A DNA stretch of 64,000 bases, taken from Candidatus Bathyarchaeota archaeon. Lineage in GTDB: Archaea > Thermoproteota > Bathyarchaeia > TCS64. The DNA is taken from the NCBI GenBank assembly GCA_018652685.1, contig JABIBQ010000080.1:8357-72356 (forward strand), read 5' to 3'. The translations under genes were made by a program, and so were the position numbers. Within the stretch, counting starts at the first letter, position 1. Each line of letters begins with the position of its first letter. Shown here piece by piece: positions 1 to 8,185 of this stretch. The notes beneath the pieces were generated by a model that was not told the DNA's origin, ran no database searches, and saw only the letters and a program-made list of their open reading frames with translations.

Positions 1-3
1 GCG

Positions 4-828
4 ATGACAGTAGACCAGATCCCTATCGGCAGGTTCAGCGTCATAACAAGGCTAACCCAGAAAGCACTGAGATACTATGATACCAAGAAAATACTAGTCC
101 CAAAGGCAAAGGACGGCATCACCGGGTACAGGTACTACACCGGGAACCAGATACAGAGCGGAGTAAAGATCAAACTGCTCACGGGATTAGGCTTCAGCCT
201 AGACGAGATCAGGGAGTACTTGGACGCAGAAGAGTCGGGGAACAAGAGACTTGTCGAGAGGATTCTTGAGGAGAGGCGTATAGAGGCGGAGTCCCAGTTG
301 AACTCTCTCAGCAGGGTCGTGTCGTTGCTCAGGACAGACCAGACAGTGAAAAAAACGATGTCAGAACCAGTTATCAAGGAGACCCAGAAGCTTCGGGTCC
401 TGAGTAAGAGAGATTATGGGCGTTACGATGAGGCAATTGGACGCATGATCGGGGATATTATGAACGTGGTGATGTCACCCGAAAACCAGCGGAACTTTGT
501 TCGCATCACGGGTCCGTTTATGACTGTATACCACGGGGAGGAGGACGCGGAGAAAGGCGCGGATATAGAGGTGGCGGTACCTGTGACTGGTAAAGTCTAC
601 ATCGACGACCCGGAGGTTGAGATCCGAAACCTACAGCCAGCAAGGGTAGTGAGCACCGTGCATCAGGGGGCCTACGAGACAATCAGCCAAGCCTACGAGG
701 TAATATTCAGACACATAGCCGAGAAAGGATACGAGGTTGCGGGCCCAGTGATGGATATCTACCTAAATGACCCAAACCAGGTTGACCCGGACGATATCCT
801 GACGGAGATACAAGTCCAGATCAAGTAA
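4..828 (+). CDS. MerR-family transcriptional regulator with C-terminal GyrI-like effector-binding domain
   Basis: 274-aa ORF. N-terminal MerR HTH signature (IGRFSVITRLTQKALRYYDTKKIL...GYRYY), a helical linker, then a GyrI/BmrR-like C-terminal half. First gene of the + strand DinB/DinB/bshA/Trx string. Confidence 0.8.
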   Translation: MTVDQIPIGRFSVITRLTQKALRYYDTKKILVPKAKDGITGYRYYTGNQIQSGVKIKLLTGLGFSLDEIREYLDAEESGNKRLVERILEERRIEAESQLNSLSRVVSLLRTDQTVKKTMSEPVIKETQKLRVLSKRDYGRYDEAIGRMIGDIMNVVMSPENQRNFVRITGPFMTVYHGEEDAEKGADIEVAVPVTGKVYIDDPEVEIRNLQPARVVSTVHQGAYETISQAYEVIFRHIAEKGYEVAGPVMDIYLNDPNQVDPDDILTEIQVQIK

Positions 829-884
829 CTGTCCTCCATCGAACTCGTTTTAAGACTCCACCACCCCCCTTTTTACGGATTAAA

Positions 885-1343
885 ATGAACGAGAAAGCAT
901 CCATACTGGTCGAGCAGATAGAGTGGATCGTAAGCAGAGTTGAAAGCTCATGCAACGATCTTAGTGACGCGGAGTACAAATGGAAGCCAACTGAGGTTTC
1001 TACCAGCGTCCAGTGGCAGCTCATCCACATTAGCAGGATAATCAACGTTGCCCTACCCAGGCTCATCAAAGGGGTAACAGAGTACACTCCTGAAGGATGG
1101 GCGGAGGATTACCGCGACCAAGATTACCCCGTGGACAAGCTTCTATCAGATATCAAGAAGGGAAAGGAAGTTTCCATCAAGAAACTGAAGAAGGTATCCA
1201 ACGAGGCAATGGACGAGGAGATCCCACTCTGGGGAGGTACAAAACTCAGGAAAGAGGGTTTGTTCGCGTATATCGGTGAGATATACCACCACAGGGGACA
1301 GTTAACCTACATTAGGGGAACCTACAAGAGGCTAAACGAGTAG
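885..1343 (+). CDS. DinB-superfamily protein (DinB_2/YfiT-like, putative metal-dependent thiol transferase)
   Basis: 152-aa ORF. Conserved His positions typical of the DinB four-helix bundle (QLIHISRI ... IYHHRGQLTYIRG). Confidence 0.7.
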   Translation: MNEKASILVEQIEWIVSRVESSCNDLSDAEYKWKPTEVSTSVQWQLIHISRIINVALPRLIKGVTEYTPEGWAEDYRDQDYPVDKLLSDIKKGKEVSIKKLKKVSNEAMDEEIPLWGGTKLRKEGLFAYIGEIYHHRGQLTYIRGTYKRLNE

Positions 1344-1433
1344 CCCACCCACTTTTTTCAGGTTAAAAAACTTACCACAGGTTATAAATTAGTGAACTAG
1401 GGATTCAATAGTACCCAATTTTCGGTGATATAA

Positions 1434-1883
1434 ATGCCAAAAGTAGACAGAATAAAACACTTCGCAACTATGAGCCTAAACAGGCTCGATGGAACAACCA
1501 AGAACCTCACAGAGGATCAGCTAGATTGGAAGAGCTGCTCAGAAGCAAACACAATCAGGAACATCCTCGGCCACCTCATTGGAGAGTGGTACGGCTTCAT
1601 CCCAAAAATCGCTGCAGGCAGTAAAGACGCAGAGGTCGCGGGATACGCGGGAACAGAGGGCAAGAGCCTGGATGAGATCAAGGCAGACTATGAGGCAGGC
1701 AAAGCCAACCTCATGAAGACACTTGACGGAATAAGCGACGAGGACCTCGCCAAAGAGATGGAGTGGTTCATGGGCAAGCAGCCAACAGCCAGATATCTAA
1801 TGATGGGAGTATCCGAGATTCTCCACCACGAGGGCCAGATATCTGCAGTTCTAGGTGTCGAGAAGCGAATCAAGGGCGTTTAA
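1434..1883 (+). CDS. DinB-superfamily protein (second, divergent copy)
   Basis: 149-aa ORF. Motifs ILGHLIGEW ... ILHHEGQISAVLG. Lies in tandem with the first DinB gene. Confidence 0.7.
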   Translation: MPKVDRIKHFATMSLNRLDGTTKNLTEDQLDWKSCSEANTIRNILGHLIGEWYGFIPKIAAGSKDAEVAGYAGTEGKSLDEIKADYEAGKANLMKTLDGISDEDLAKEMEWFMGKQPTARYLMMGVSEILHHEGQISAVLGVEKRIKGV

Positions 1884-1927
1884 GCCCAACCTATTTTTAT
1901 TCAGCCATCAAGGTTAATTGAACCATC

Positions 1928-3034
1928 TTGAAGATTGGAGTCACATGTTACCCCACTGTGGGGGGAAGCGGTATTCTAGGCACAAGACTAGGTGTAGAGT
2001 TCGCCAAGAGAGGACATAGAACACATTTCATTACTCTGGAGACACCTTTTGCGCTCCAGGGAATAGACTATGACTTCGTTAAGGTGCACAGGGTCTCAGT
2101 GGTAGAGTACCCCCTGTTCAAGTACCCACCATACACTGTCGCTCTAGCAACAGAGATGTCGGATGTTACAGATAGTGCAGAACTTGACCTGCTCCACGTA
2201 CACTACAGCCTGCCACACGCAACGGCGGCACAGCTGGCTAGAGAGGTCACGGGCAAGCCATACGTGACCACCCTGCACGGCTCGGATGTCACTATACTGG
2301 GGAACGACCCAGCGTACGAGAGAGTGAATACAATGAGCGTGGAGGCGTCAGACGCCATTACGGCGGTATCCAAGTTCATGGCAGACGAAGCCCATAACAA
2401 CCTGGGCATCGAGAAGAAGATTCATGTCATACCCAACTTTGTGGACAACGAAAAATACCAACCTGCCCCCTGCGAGCTGATAGAGGCTAGGACGGAGGAG
2501 GCCATCACACTCATCCACGTCAGCAACTTCCGTCCGGTGAAGCGGGTGGAGGACATCGTGTACTCCATGTGCGTCATAACAAAGAAGGTACCCAACGCCA
2601 AGCTTATCATAGTTGGCGATGGACCAGACAGGCGCAGGGTTGAGAGACTAATAGACAAACTAGGGCTCAAAAAGAACATCAGGATGATGGGTTTCAGGAG
2701 CGATGTCCCTGATATCCTGAGGTGCGCAGACGCCCTAATTATGGCAAGTGAGACCGAAAGCGCCCCGCTTACGATACTGGAGGGCATGAGCAGCGGGTTA
2801 CCGATTATCGCCACGGATGTCGGAGGCATACCTGAGCAAGTGGAGGACGGGGTCAACGGTTTCCTTGTGCCAGTGAAAAGACCAGACGAAATCGCAGAGG
2901 CCGTGCTGAAGCTCAACGCCGATATCAATCTCCAGACGAAGATGGGTGAGAACTCACGGAAGACCGTGCTCGAAAGGTACACCGTTGACAGGGTACTTGA
3001 CCAGTACATGAAGATCTACGAGTCGGTCATCTAA
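1928..3034 (+). CDS. bshA: GT4 glycosyltransferase, BshA-type (N-acetyl-alpha-D-glucosaminyl L-malate synthase)
   Basis: 368 aa with a TTG start. It appears collinear with B. subtilis BshA as I recall that sequence: MKIGVTCYPTVGGSG, FKYPPY, HVHYSLPHA, TTLHGSDVTILG, IHVSNFRPVKRV, IVGDGPD, E..SAPLTILEGM, GGIPE. Confidence 0.85.
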   Translation: MKIGVTCYPTVGGSGILGTRLGVEFAKRGHRTHFITLETPFALQGIDYDFVKVHRVSVVEYPLFKYPPYTVALATEMSDVTDSAELDLLHVHYSLPHATAAQLAREVTGKPYVTTLHGSDVTILGNDPAYERVNTMSVEASDAITAVSKFMADEAHNNLGIEKKIHVIPNFVDNEKYQPAPCELIEARTEEAITLIHVSNFRPVKRVEDIVYSMCVITKKVPNAKLIIVGDGPDRRRVERLIDKLGLKKNIRMMGFRSDVPDILRCADALIMASETESAPLTILEGMSSGLPIIATDVGGIPEQVEDGVNGFLVPVKRPDEIAEAVLKLNADINLQTKMGENSRKTVLERYTVDRVLDQYMKIYESVI

Positions 3035-3072
3035 CCTAACTAATTATATTCACCCAAATACATGAAGGGGCT

Positions 3073-3660
3073 ATGTCTGATAAGCCAGCATACTACGATA
3101 AAAGAGCGGATTTCTGGAAAAAGTACTGGGATATGGCTCTAACATACGACGATTTCATGAAGATTGACACTGAGAACGCCCCCCGTTGGCACGATTTTAT
3201 GGCGAGAGTCCCGGACCTCAACGACGAGCAGAAGGCAAGACTGCAGGACTACAACAGGATCGTGAAAGTCCTGGTGTACGCTGGTGTCTGGTGCGGTGAC
3301 TGCGTAAGGCAGGGACCTTTATTCAAGAAAATCGCGGATTTCGTCGATGACGTCGAGATCAGGTTCATTGACAGGGACACCAGCGACGAGCTACAGGACG
3401 AGGTCAGGATCCTAGGAGCCACACGTGTACCAATAGTCGTGTTCCTCACAGAGGACTACTGGGAGGTAGGCAGGGAAGGAGACAGGCTCCTCCCGGTCTA
3501 CAGGGCGAAGGCTGCACGTGAGATAGGAAGGGGACAGTCATCAGGTGTGTTGAGCCCCAAGGCTATCGAGGACCAGCTTGACCTCTGGGTGGATATCTTT
3601 GAGAGGGCCATAATAATGACCAAACTCTCCCCGCCCCTGCGAAAGAGGCACAACGACTAG
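3073..3660 (+). CDS. Thioredoxin-fold protein with WCGDC active-site motif (Thioredoxin_9-like architecture)
   Basis: 195 aa. A helical N-terminal region precedes a Trx fold (VLVYAGVWCGDCVRQGP ... RVPIVVF). Located immediately downstream of bshA. Confidence 0.65.
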   Translation: MSDKPAYYDKRADFWKKYWDMALTYDDFMKIDTENAPRWHDFMARVPDLNDEQKARLQDYNRIVKVLVYAGVWCGDCVRQGPLFKKIADFVDDVEIRFIDRDTSDELQDEVRILGATRVPIVVFLTEDYWEVGREGDRLLPVYRAKAAREIGRGQSSGVLSPKAIEDQLDLWVDIFERAIIMTKLSPPLRKRHND

Positions 3661-5411
3661 GTCACGTTGATATAGTACATGGAGCTGTTCGGGGTGTACC
3701 TGTTGTACATCCTGAGATAGGCACCCATTACGTCCTTGGGACCAGTGGCGGCCGCGAGGTCTACCCACATCCAGTTCACTTCTTGTCCGAACTTCTCAGG
3801 GCTGAACCTACCGTAGCAGCATGACAGGTAGTGGTCTATGATCTGGGCCTCTCCCTGTTTCTTCTTCATGGCCTCGATTAGGGGCCTTCTGTCGCCGGGG
3901 TTCCTGAGCTGCTGCTTGATTTCAGCTACAGCGTCCTCATGGACCTTCAACTGCTCGATCAAACTCGTGTACGTTAAGGTAATACTCTCCTCGATACTTT
4001 CATGAGCCCTCCTGATTCCCTCCTCGTCGCCTGTGTTCCTTGCGACAACCCAGTCACTGAGGGTGTTGAAAACAGACTCGCTACTGATGATGGGGTATCC
4101 AGCCTTCTTTATGACGCTGGACTCCAACTCGTTCCAAGGAGTGTTGTAGAATGCCCTTGAGTACCTGAGGAACAGCGGGAATGGCAGTCCCACCCTCCTC
4201 ACGGCGGGGATGACCTCGGCATAATAGCTAGTCTCACCAGGGCCACCGATGTGGCCCACAATGGGGAAGACCGAGTCGGTAATGACCTGCCTGGAGTCCA
4301 CTCTCGGGGTGATCCAGTTAATGATCTCTGATACGTCTGGGTTCTCGGCGTTGACGCTGAAGCTGTACTCTTCCTCGCAGATGGGGCACTTGCCAAGGAG
4401 GTCAGCCGTAGATGAGCCCTCTTTCCTATGATATTTCAACTCGACCCTGATGCGACCGCACTTGGGGTTCATGCATTCAAGGAAGAACGGAACATAATCA
4501 GCGGTCCTCGCTCCGATCCCGGGCTTGTGGCCTGATGCGTCCACCATTGCTTGGGCCTCGTTGCTGGCCTCGATGAACCTCGTCCTAGTGGGCTCCCTGA
4601 GAAGAAGCTCAAAGCCGTTCTGGAACAGAGGCCGCGTCTCTGGCATACTGAACCAAAAGATGGGGAGACCGATATCTGCCTCAAGGTTGGTCAGCGAGCC
4701 GATGATCTTGGTGCTAAACGTGGATACGTTGTCGGTTGAGTAGTACGCGTTCCTGATGATTGAGTATATGTGGTCAAGGTTCTTCTGGACAAGGTCCCTC
4801 TTCTCAGAGGAAAGCTCCTTGAGAATCCCACGGTAGTTGCTGTCGATCTTGTCCATGGTTTTCCTGAACCAGCTCTCACCCGGCAGCTTGACCTCGTATA
4901 TGGAGAGGTTGTTCTGGGTCGGCTGGATCGGGTAGTTCATGTGCAGCCCCTTGGAGCTCGGACTCGGCAGCCTCATGTTGGTTAGCTCGGGCTGGACCCC
5001 ATCGTAGTCCGCGACATAGTAGAGGGGGACGATTTTCTCGTCCATTCCAGCTAAAGATACCGCATACGCTATTTTGTTGAGGACAAGGCTAGGTCCGCCC
5101 ATGAAGTTTGGCTGCTGGCCGGCCTCGACGACGCCGTTGTGCATCCCGTCGATAGCCTCCACGGTCTTTCCCGTCAAAAGCCCCATGCGCCTCATGTTGT
5201 TCTTCATGTGGGCCTTGAGGGACTCCAGCTCGTCGATTGTTTCACCGTACTCACTCCGGACCTTCGGCATCAGGTCGGCGGCCTCCCCCATGGTGTGAGA
5301 GATGTGCCCCCAGAGCTCAGTGGCTAACCCCGATGTTTTCCGTTCAATTACATGGTTTGAGTATATGTTATGCGCCGCTGGCCTGTTGTCCTGTTCGCTC
5401 AAAATATGCAC
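3657..5411 (-). CDS. bshC: BshC-like protein (bacillithiol biosynthesis cysteine-adding enzyme family) with a Cys4 insertion
   Basis: 584 aa with a GTG start. Matches remembered BshC blocks: AGQQPNFMGGPSLVLNKI, PLYYVADYDGV (compare FWVAGEDHD) and HIGGPGETSYYAEV (compare IAGPGEINYW). Same strand as bshB. Confidence 0.75.
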   Translation of the reverse strand: MHILSEQDNRPAAHNIYSNHVIERKTSGLATELWGHISHTMGEAADLMPKVRSEYGETIDELESLKAHMKNNMRRMGLLTGKTVEAIDGMHNGVVEAGQQPNFMGGPSLVLNKIAYAVSLAGMDEKIVPLYYVADYDGVQPELTNMRLPSPSSKGLHMNYPIQPTQNNLSIYEVKLPGESWFRKTMDKIDSNYRGILKELSSEKRDLVQKNLDHIYSIIRNAYYSTDNVSTFSTKIIGSLTNLEADIGLPIFWFSMPETRPLFQNGFELLLREPTRTRFIEASNEAQAMVDASGHKPGIGARTADYVPFFLECMNPKCGRIRVELKYHRKEGSSTADLLGKCPICEEEYSFSVNAENPDVSEIINWITPRVDSRQVITDSVFPIVGHIGGPGETSYYAEVIPAVRRVGLPFPLFLRYSRAFYNTPWNELESSVIKKAGYPIISSESVFNTLSDWVVARNTGDEEGIRRAHESIEESITLTYTSLIEQLKVHEDAVAEIKQQLRNPGDRRPLIEAMKKKQGEAQIIDHYLSCCYGRFSPEKFGQEVNWMWVDLAAATGPKDVMGAYLRMYNRYTPNSSMYYINVT

Positions 5412-5459
5412 CTAGACATTATGGGGTAAACTCGGCAGGGGATTATTAAAACAATTAGC

Positions 5460-6404
5460 CTAGAGCCTCAACAGCTTAGCGGCGTTGTCGTGGAAAATCA
5501 TCCTGATCTCCTCCTCCCTGAGGCCTAACTCGTAGCAGGTCTTCAGCTGCTCCCTCAAGTATTCAACAGAGAAACCCCTGGGGAAGTAGCTACTATCAGT
5601 GCCGAACAGAAGCCTCTCGGGACCCATGGTCTCCATGGCCTTCCTGAAAAGCTTCTTCAGGTCCAGGTCGTAGGGCATCCACCTCATCCACTGGTTTGAG
5701 CCCGATGTGTCGACATAGACGTTGGGGCACTGCCAGCAGAGCTGCAACAGCTCCCTCCAGTAGCAGGCGCCGAAGTGAGGGACTATTAGTTTCAAGGTCG
5801 GAAAATCGCTGAGGACCTTCCAGAACGTGAGGGGGTTCAGATTTCTCAAATCGTATGCGGGTCCGCCGCCTCCCCCCAGGACGCCGAAGTGGGCTAGCAC
5901 CGGGATCTGTAGCTTCTCTGCCACCTCCCAGACGGGGTAAGCCTCCTTACTATCAATGGGCTTCGACTGGCCTGATGCGATGAGCTTGTACCCCTTGAGG
6001 CCCAGCTGCGTGACCGCCCTTTCTAACTCCTCGGCAGCATCCTCCCCGAACAGTGGATGATGTGCAAACCCGGTGAACCGCTCGGGGTGCATCTTGATTA
6101 TCTCGGCTAGATTGTCGTTGCCCCCACCCATCATGAAGTTGACTCGTTCAAGCCCTTTGGCATCCATATCATCAACCCAACGCTGAGCCTGCTCGTGGTC
6201 ATTGTGGATGACGCCATCCTCCGGGGGCTCAAAGGCCCACATGCGCCTCCACTTGTTCCTGTACATGCGCGAGTTCTCAAGGATGATGTCGGCCCTCTCC
6301 TCGCCGTACCTGTCAACCAGTCGTTTCCTTCTGCCGCGACCTCCTGGCCTCTGGACGGGGAAGTGACTGTGAAAATCGATTACTTTGAGTCCGTAGAGGT
6401 TCAT
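5460..6404 (-). CDS. Amidohydro_2-family metal-dependent hydrolase (TIM barrel)
   Basis: 314 aa. Motifs VIDFHSHFP near the N-terminus, then HFG and HFGACYW, and a downstream Asp (FGTDSSYFP). Sits between bshB and bshC with 48-nt gaps on each side. Confidence 0.7.
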   Translation of the reverse strand: MNLYGLKVIDFHSHFPVQRPGGRGRRKRLVDRYGEERADIILENSRMYRNKWRRMWAFEPPEDGVIHNDHEQAQRWVDDMDAKGLERVNFMMGGGNDNLAEIIKMHPERFTGFAHHPLFGEDAAEELERAVTQLGLKGYKLIASGQSKPIDSKEAYPVWEVAEKLQIPVLAHFGVLGGGGGPAYDLRNLNPLTFWKVLSDFPTLKLIVPHFGACYWRELLQLCWQCPNVYVDTSGSNQWMRWMPYDLDLKKLFRKAMETMGPERLLFGTDSSYFPRGFSVEYLREQLKTCYELGLREEEIRMIFHDNAAKLLRL

Positions 6405-6452
6405 GAATACACCTTTCGGAATGTAAAGGCACGAGGCTAGTTATGAATATCG

Positions 6453-7145
6453 TTAAACCAGGAGGGCTGTCGCCTTCTCCAAGTAGAATGGCCCGTCCCT
6501 TGGCAGGGACTCCTCGATGAACGCCTCCGCCAGCTCCACGTCGCACTGCACACCTCTCAGTTCCGCCTTCTTCCTGTTGACCCTCGGGTAGTAGCCCCAC
6601 GGGAACTTGGCGAGCTGGGTGGAATACTGGTTGATAGCCTTTTCCTTTGCATCGTACGAGTTGGTTACATCCACTAGAATGCTAGGGCTCGGGATCAGAG
6701 TGTTGACCTCCATCAGGAGCAGCCGCTCAACTAACCAAGCATCCTCGTACATTGTCGTATGGGCTGCCCACTCTATTGCCTCCTTGACAACCCCGTAGCA
6801 AGATTTGTGTTCCCTGTGATAATCGAATGGCAAGTGAGTGATGATAGTCCCTGGCCTGAAGTCATCGATGTAATCGGCTAACTCCCTGATCAGCTCGGGA
6901 CTTACCTGGATGTCGTCCCTCTCAAGAATATCAGCATCAACATCCAGCGACTGGACGGCGTTGAAGAACTCGTCTCTCCTGTTCCTGGGGTTGCAGGTAA
7001 GGCATAGTACCCGCACCTCCTTGCCTGCGCTGGCATGCTTCGCCAGAGTCCCTCCGCAACCGAAGGTCTCGTCGTCCGGGTGGGAAACGATGGCAAGTAA
7101 ACCGCCTGTCATGGATGAAGAGACGGCGGATACCGTATAAAACAT
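6453..7145 (-). CDS. bshB: PIG-L/LmbE-family N-acetylglucosaminyl deacetylase, BshB-like
   Basis: 230 aa. PIG-L signature LLAIVSHPDDETFGCGGTLAKH plus a downstream HxxH-type region (DYHREHKS). Clustered with bshA and bshC. Confidence 0.75.
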   Translation of the reverse strand: MFYTVSAVSSSMTGGLLAIVSHPDDETFGCGGTLAKHASAGKEVRVLCLTCNPRNRRDEFFNAVQSLDVDADILERDDIQVSPELIRELADYIDDFRPGTIITHLPFDYHREHKSCYGVVKEAIEWAAHTTMYEDAWLVERLLLMEVNTLIPSPSILVDVTNSYDAKEKAINQYSTQLAKFPWGYYPRVNRKKAELRGVQCDVELAEAFIEESLPRDGPFYLEKATALLV

Positions 7146-7315
7146 TGCAGAAAGGACGCTCTTGGAGGGGATTGGGTAGTATCGGGCGGCGGTATAATGA
7201 CGACGAAATGGGTTTTGATTAGTTCAGGTTAAGGCACGGAGCTATAGCTTGATTCGTTGTTCTTAGACCGCGTTAGCCCCTAGCGTTTTCCATGATACAG
7301 AACAGCAGTCTATAG

Positions 7316-7436
7316 CATTAATATATATAATAACATGTCGAATTAAACAACATAGTTATTTTGAAGCATCAAAAATAGAGCGGTATTCTATATGACTGAT
7401 AACTTATGTATGTGCATATTCCTTTTATTACTAAAA
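7316..7436 (+). promoter_or_regulatory. AT-rich promoter region upstream of the pilin gene
   Basis: TATA-like runs ATTAATATATATAATAA (about 7317-7333) and TTTTATTA (about 7423-7430, some 40 nt before ATG 7470). GGAGG lies at 7453-7457. Confidence 0.3.
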
Positions 7437-7469
7437 TCGAGCAAGATGATAAGGAGGCAAAGAGTAAGA

Positions 7470-7934
7470 ATGAATTATCAAGAAAGAAAAGCTGTGAGCC
7501 CAGTGATAGCCACAGTAATACTTGTAGCAGTTGCGATCACCGTCTCGGTAGGAGTTTCTTACTGGATGGGCGGAATTAGCAGCCAGTACACCCAGTTCGA
7601 GAAAATTGAGGTCCAAACAGGATTCGCGACCGCCGTTGCCGGTGGTTGGGATGTCACTATGACCGTCAAGAACAGTGGTTCAGCTGACGCAACAATTACA
7701 CACGTATTCGTCAACGATGTTCCTGTAACCAATCTTGCGGCATCAGCGGTCGTCGCAGGAGAAACAGGGGCAGATGTTCCTGCAACCGGACTTGGTCTAA
7801 CTGCAGGAGAGGCTGGAACGGTAATGGTCTACATCTCATCAAGCTATGGATCGTTGTCAGCGGGTACGACTGTAAACATAAAGCTACACAGCGCAGGCGG
7901 AATGGATTACATCAAGCTAATCAAGCTACCCTAA
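7470..7934 (+). CDS. Archaeal type IV pilin-like protein (class III signal peptide, DUF1628-type N-terminus)
   Basis: The ORF track starts at 7392. ATG 7470 is preceded by GGAGG (7453-7457) and gives MNYQERK/AVSPVIATVILVAVAITV, a typical prepilin N-terminus. The C-terminus is beta-rich. Confidence 0.75.
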   Translation: MNYQERKAVSPVIATVILVAVAITVSVGVSYWMGGISSQYTQFEKIEVQTGFATAVAGGWDVTMTVKNSGSADATITHVFVNDVPVTNLAASAVVAGETGADVPATGLGLTAGEAGTVMVYISSSYGSLSAGTTVNIKLHSAGGMDYIKLIKLP

Positions 7935-8185
7935 TCCAAATTCCTCCCCATTTTTAAAATTTCAATATTTTCTTGGAGGTTTGACCACTGAAGCTCGTAG
8001 AATGGCTAAAAGAAAAAATCAGCACAGCACCAGAGGAAGAAATAGAAGGCGTCATTGTACGAGAAATCAAACCGGAGTACAGGATAATCGATGAGTATGC
8101 GGTCATCGAGCCTCATTCATGTGTAAAAATAGTTTCATCCCCAGAGCTTGGGGAAGGAAAATATTACTTCGTTGAGGAGGCCCCT

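Noticed and set aside
2422-3009. A 195-aa minus-strand ORF inside bshA.
   Set aside because: It is antisense to a gene whose product aligns block-by-block with BshA. The translation is Ser/Thr/Leu-rich with no motif.
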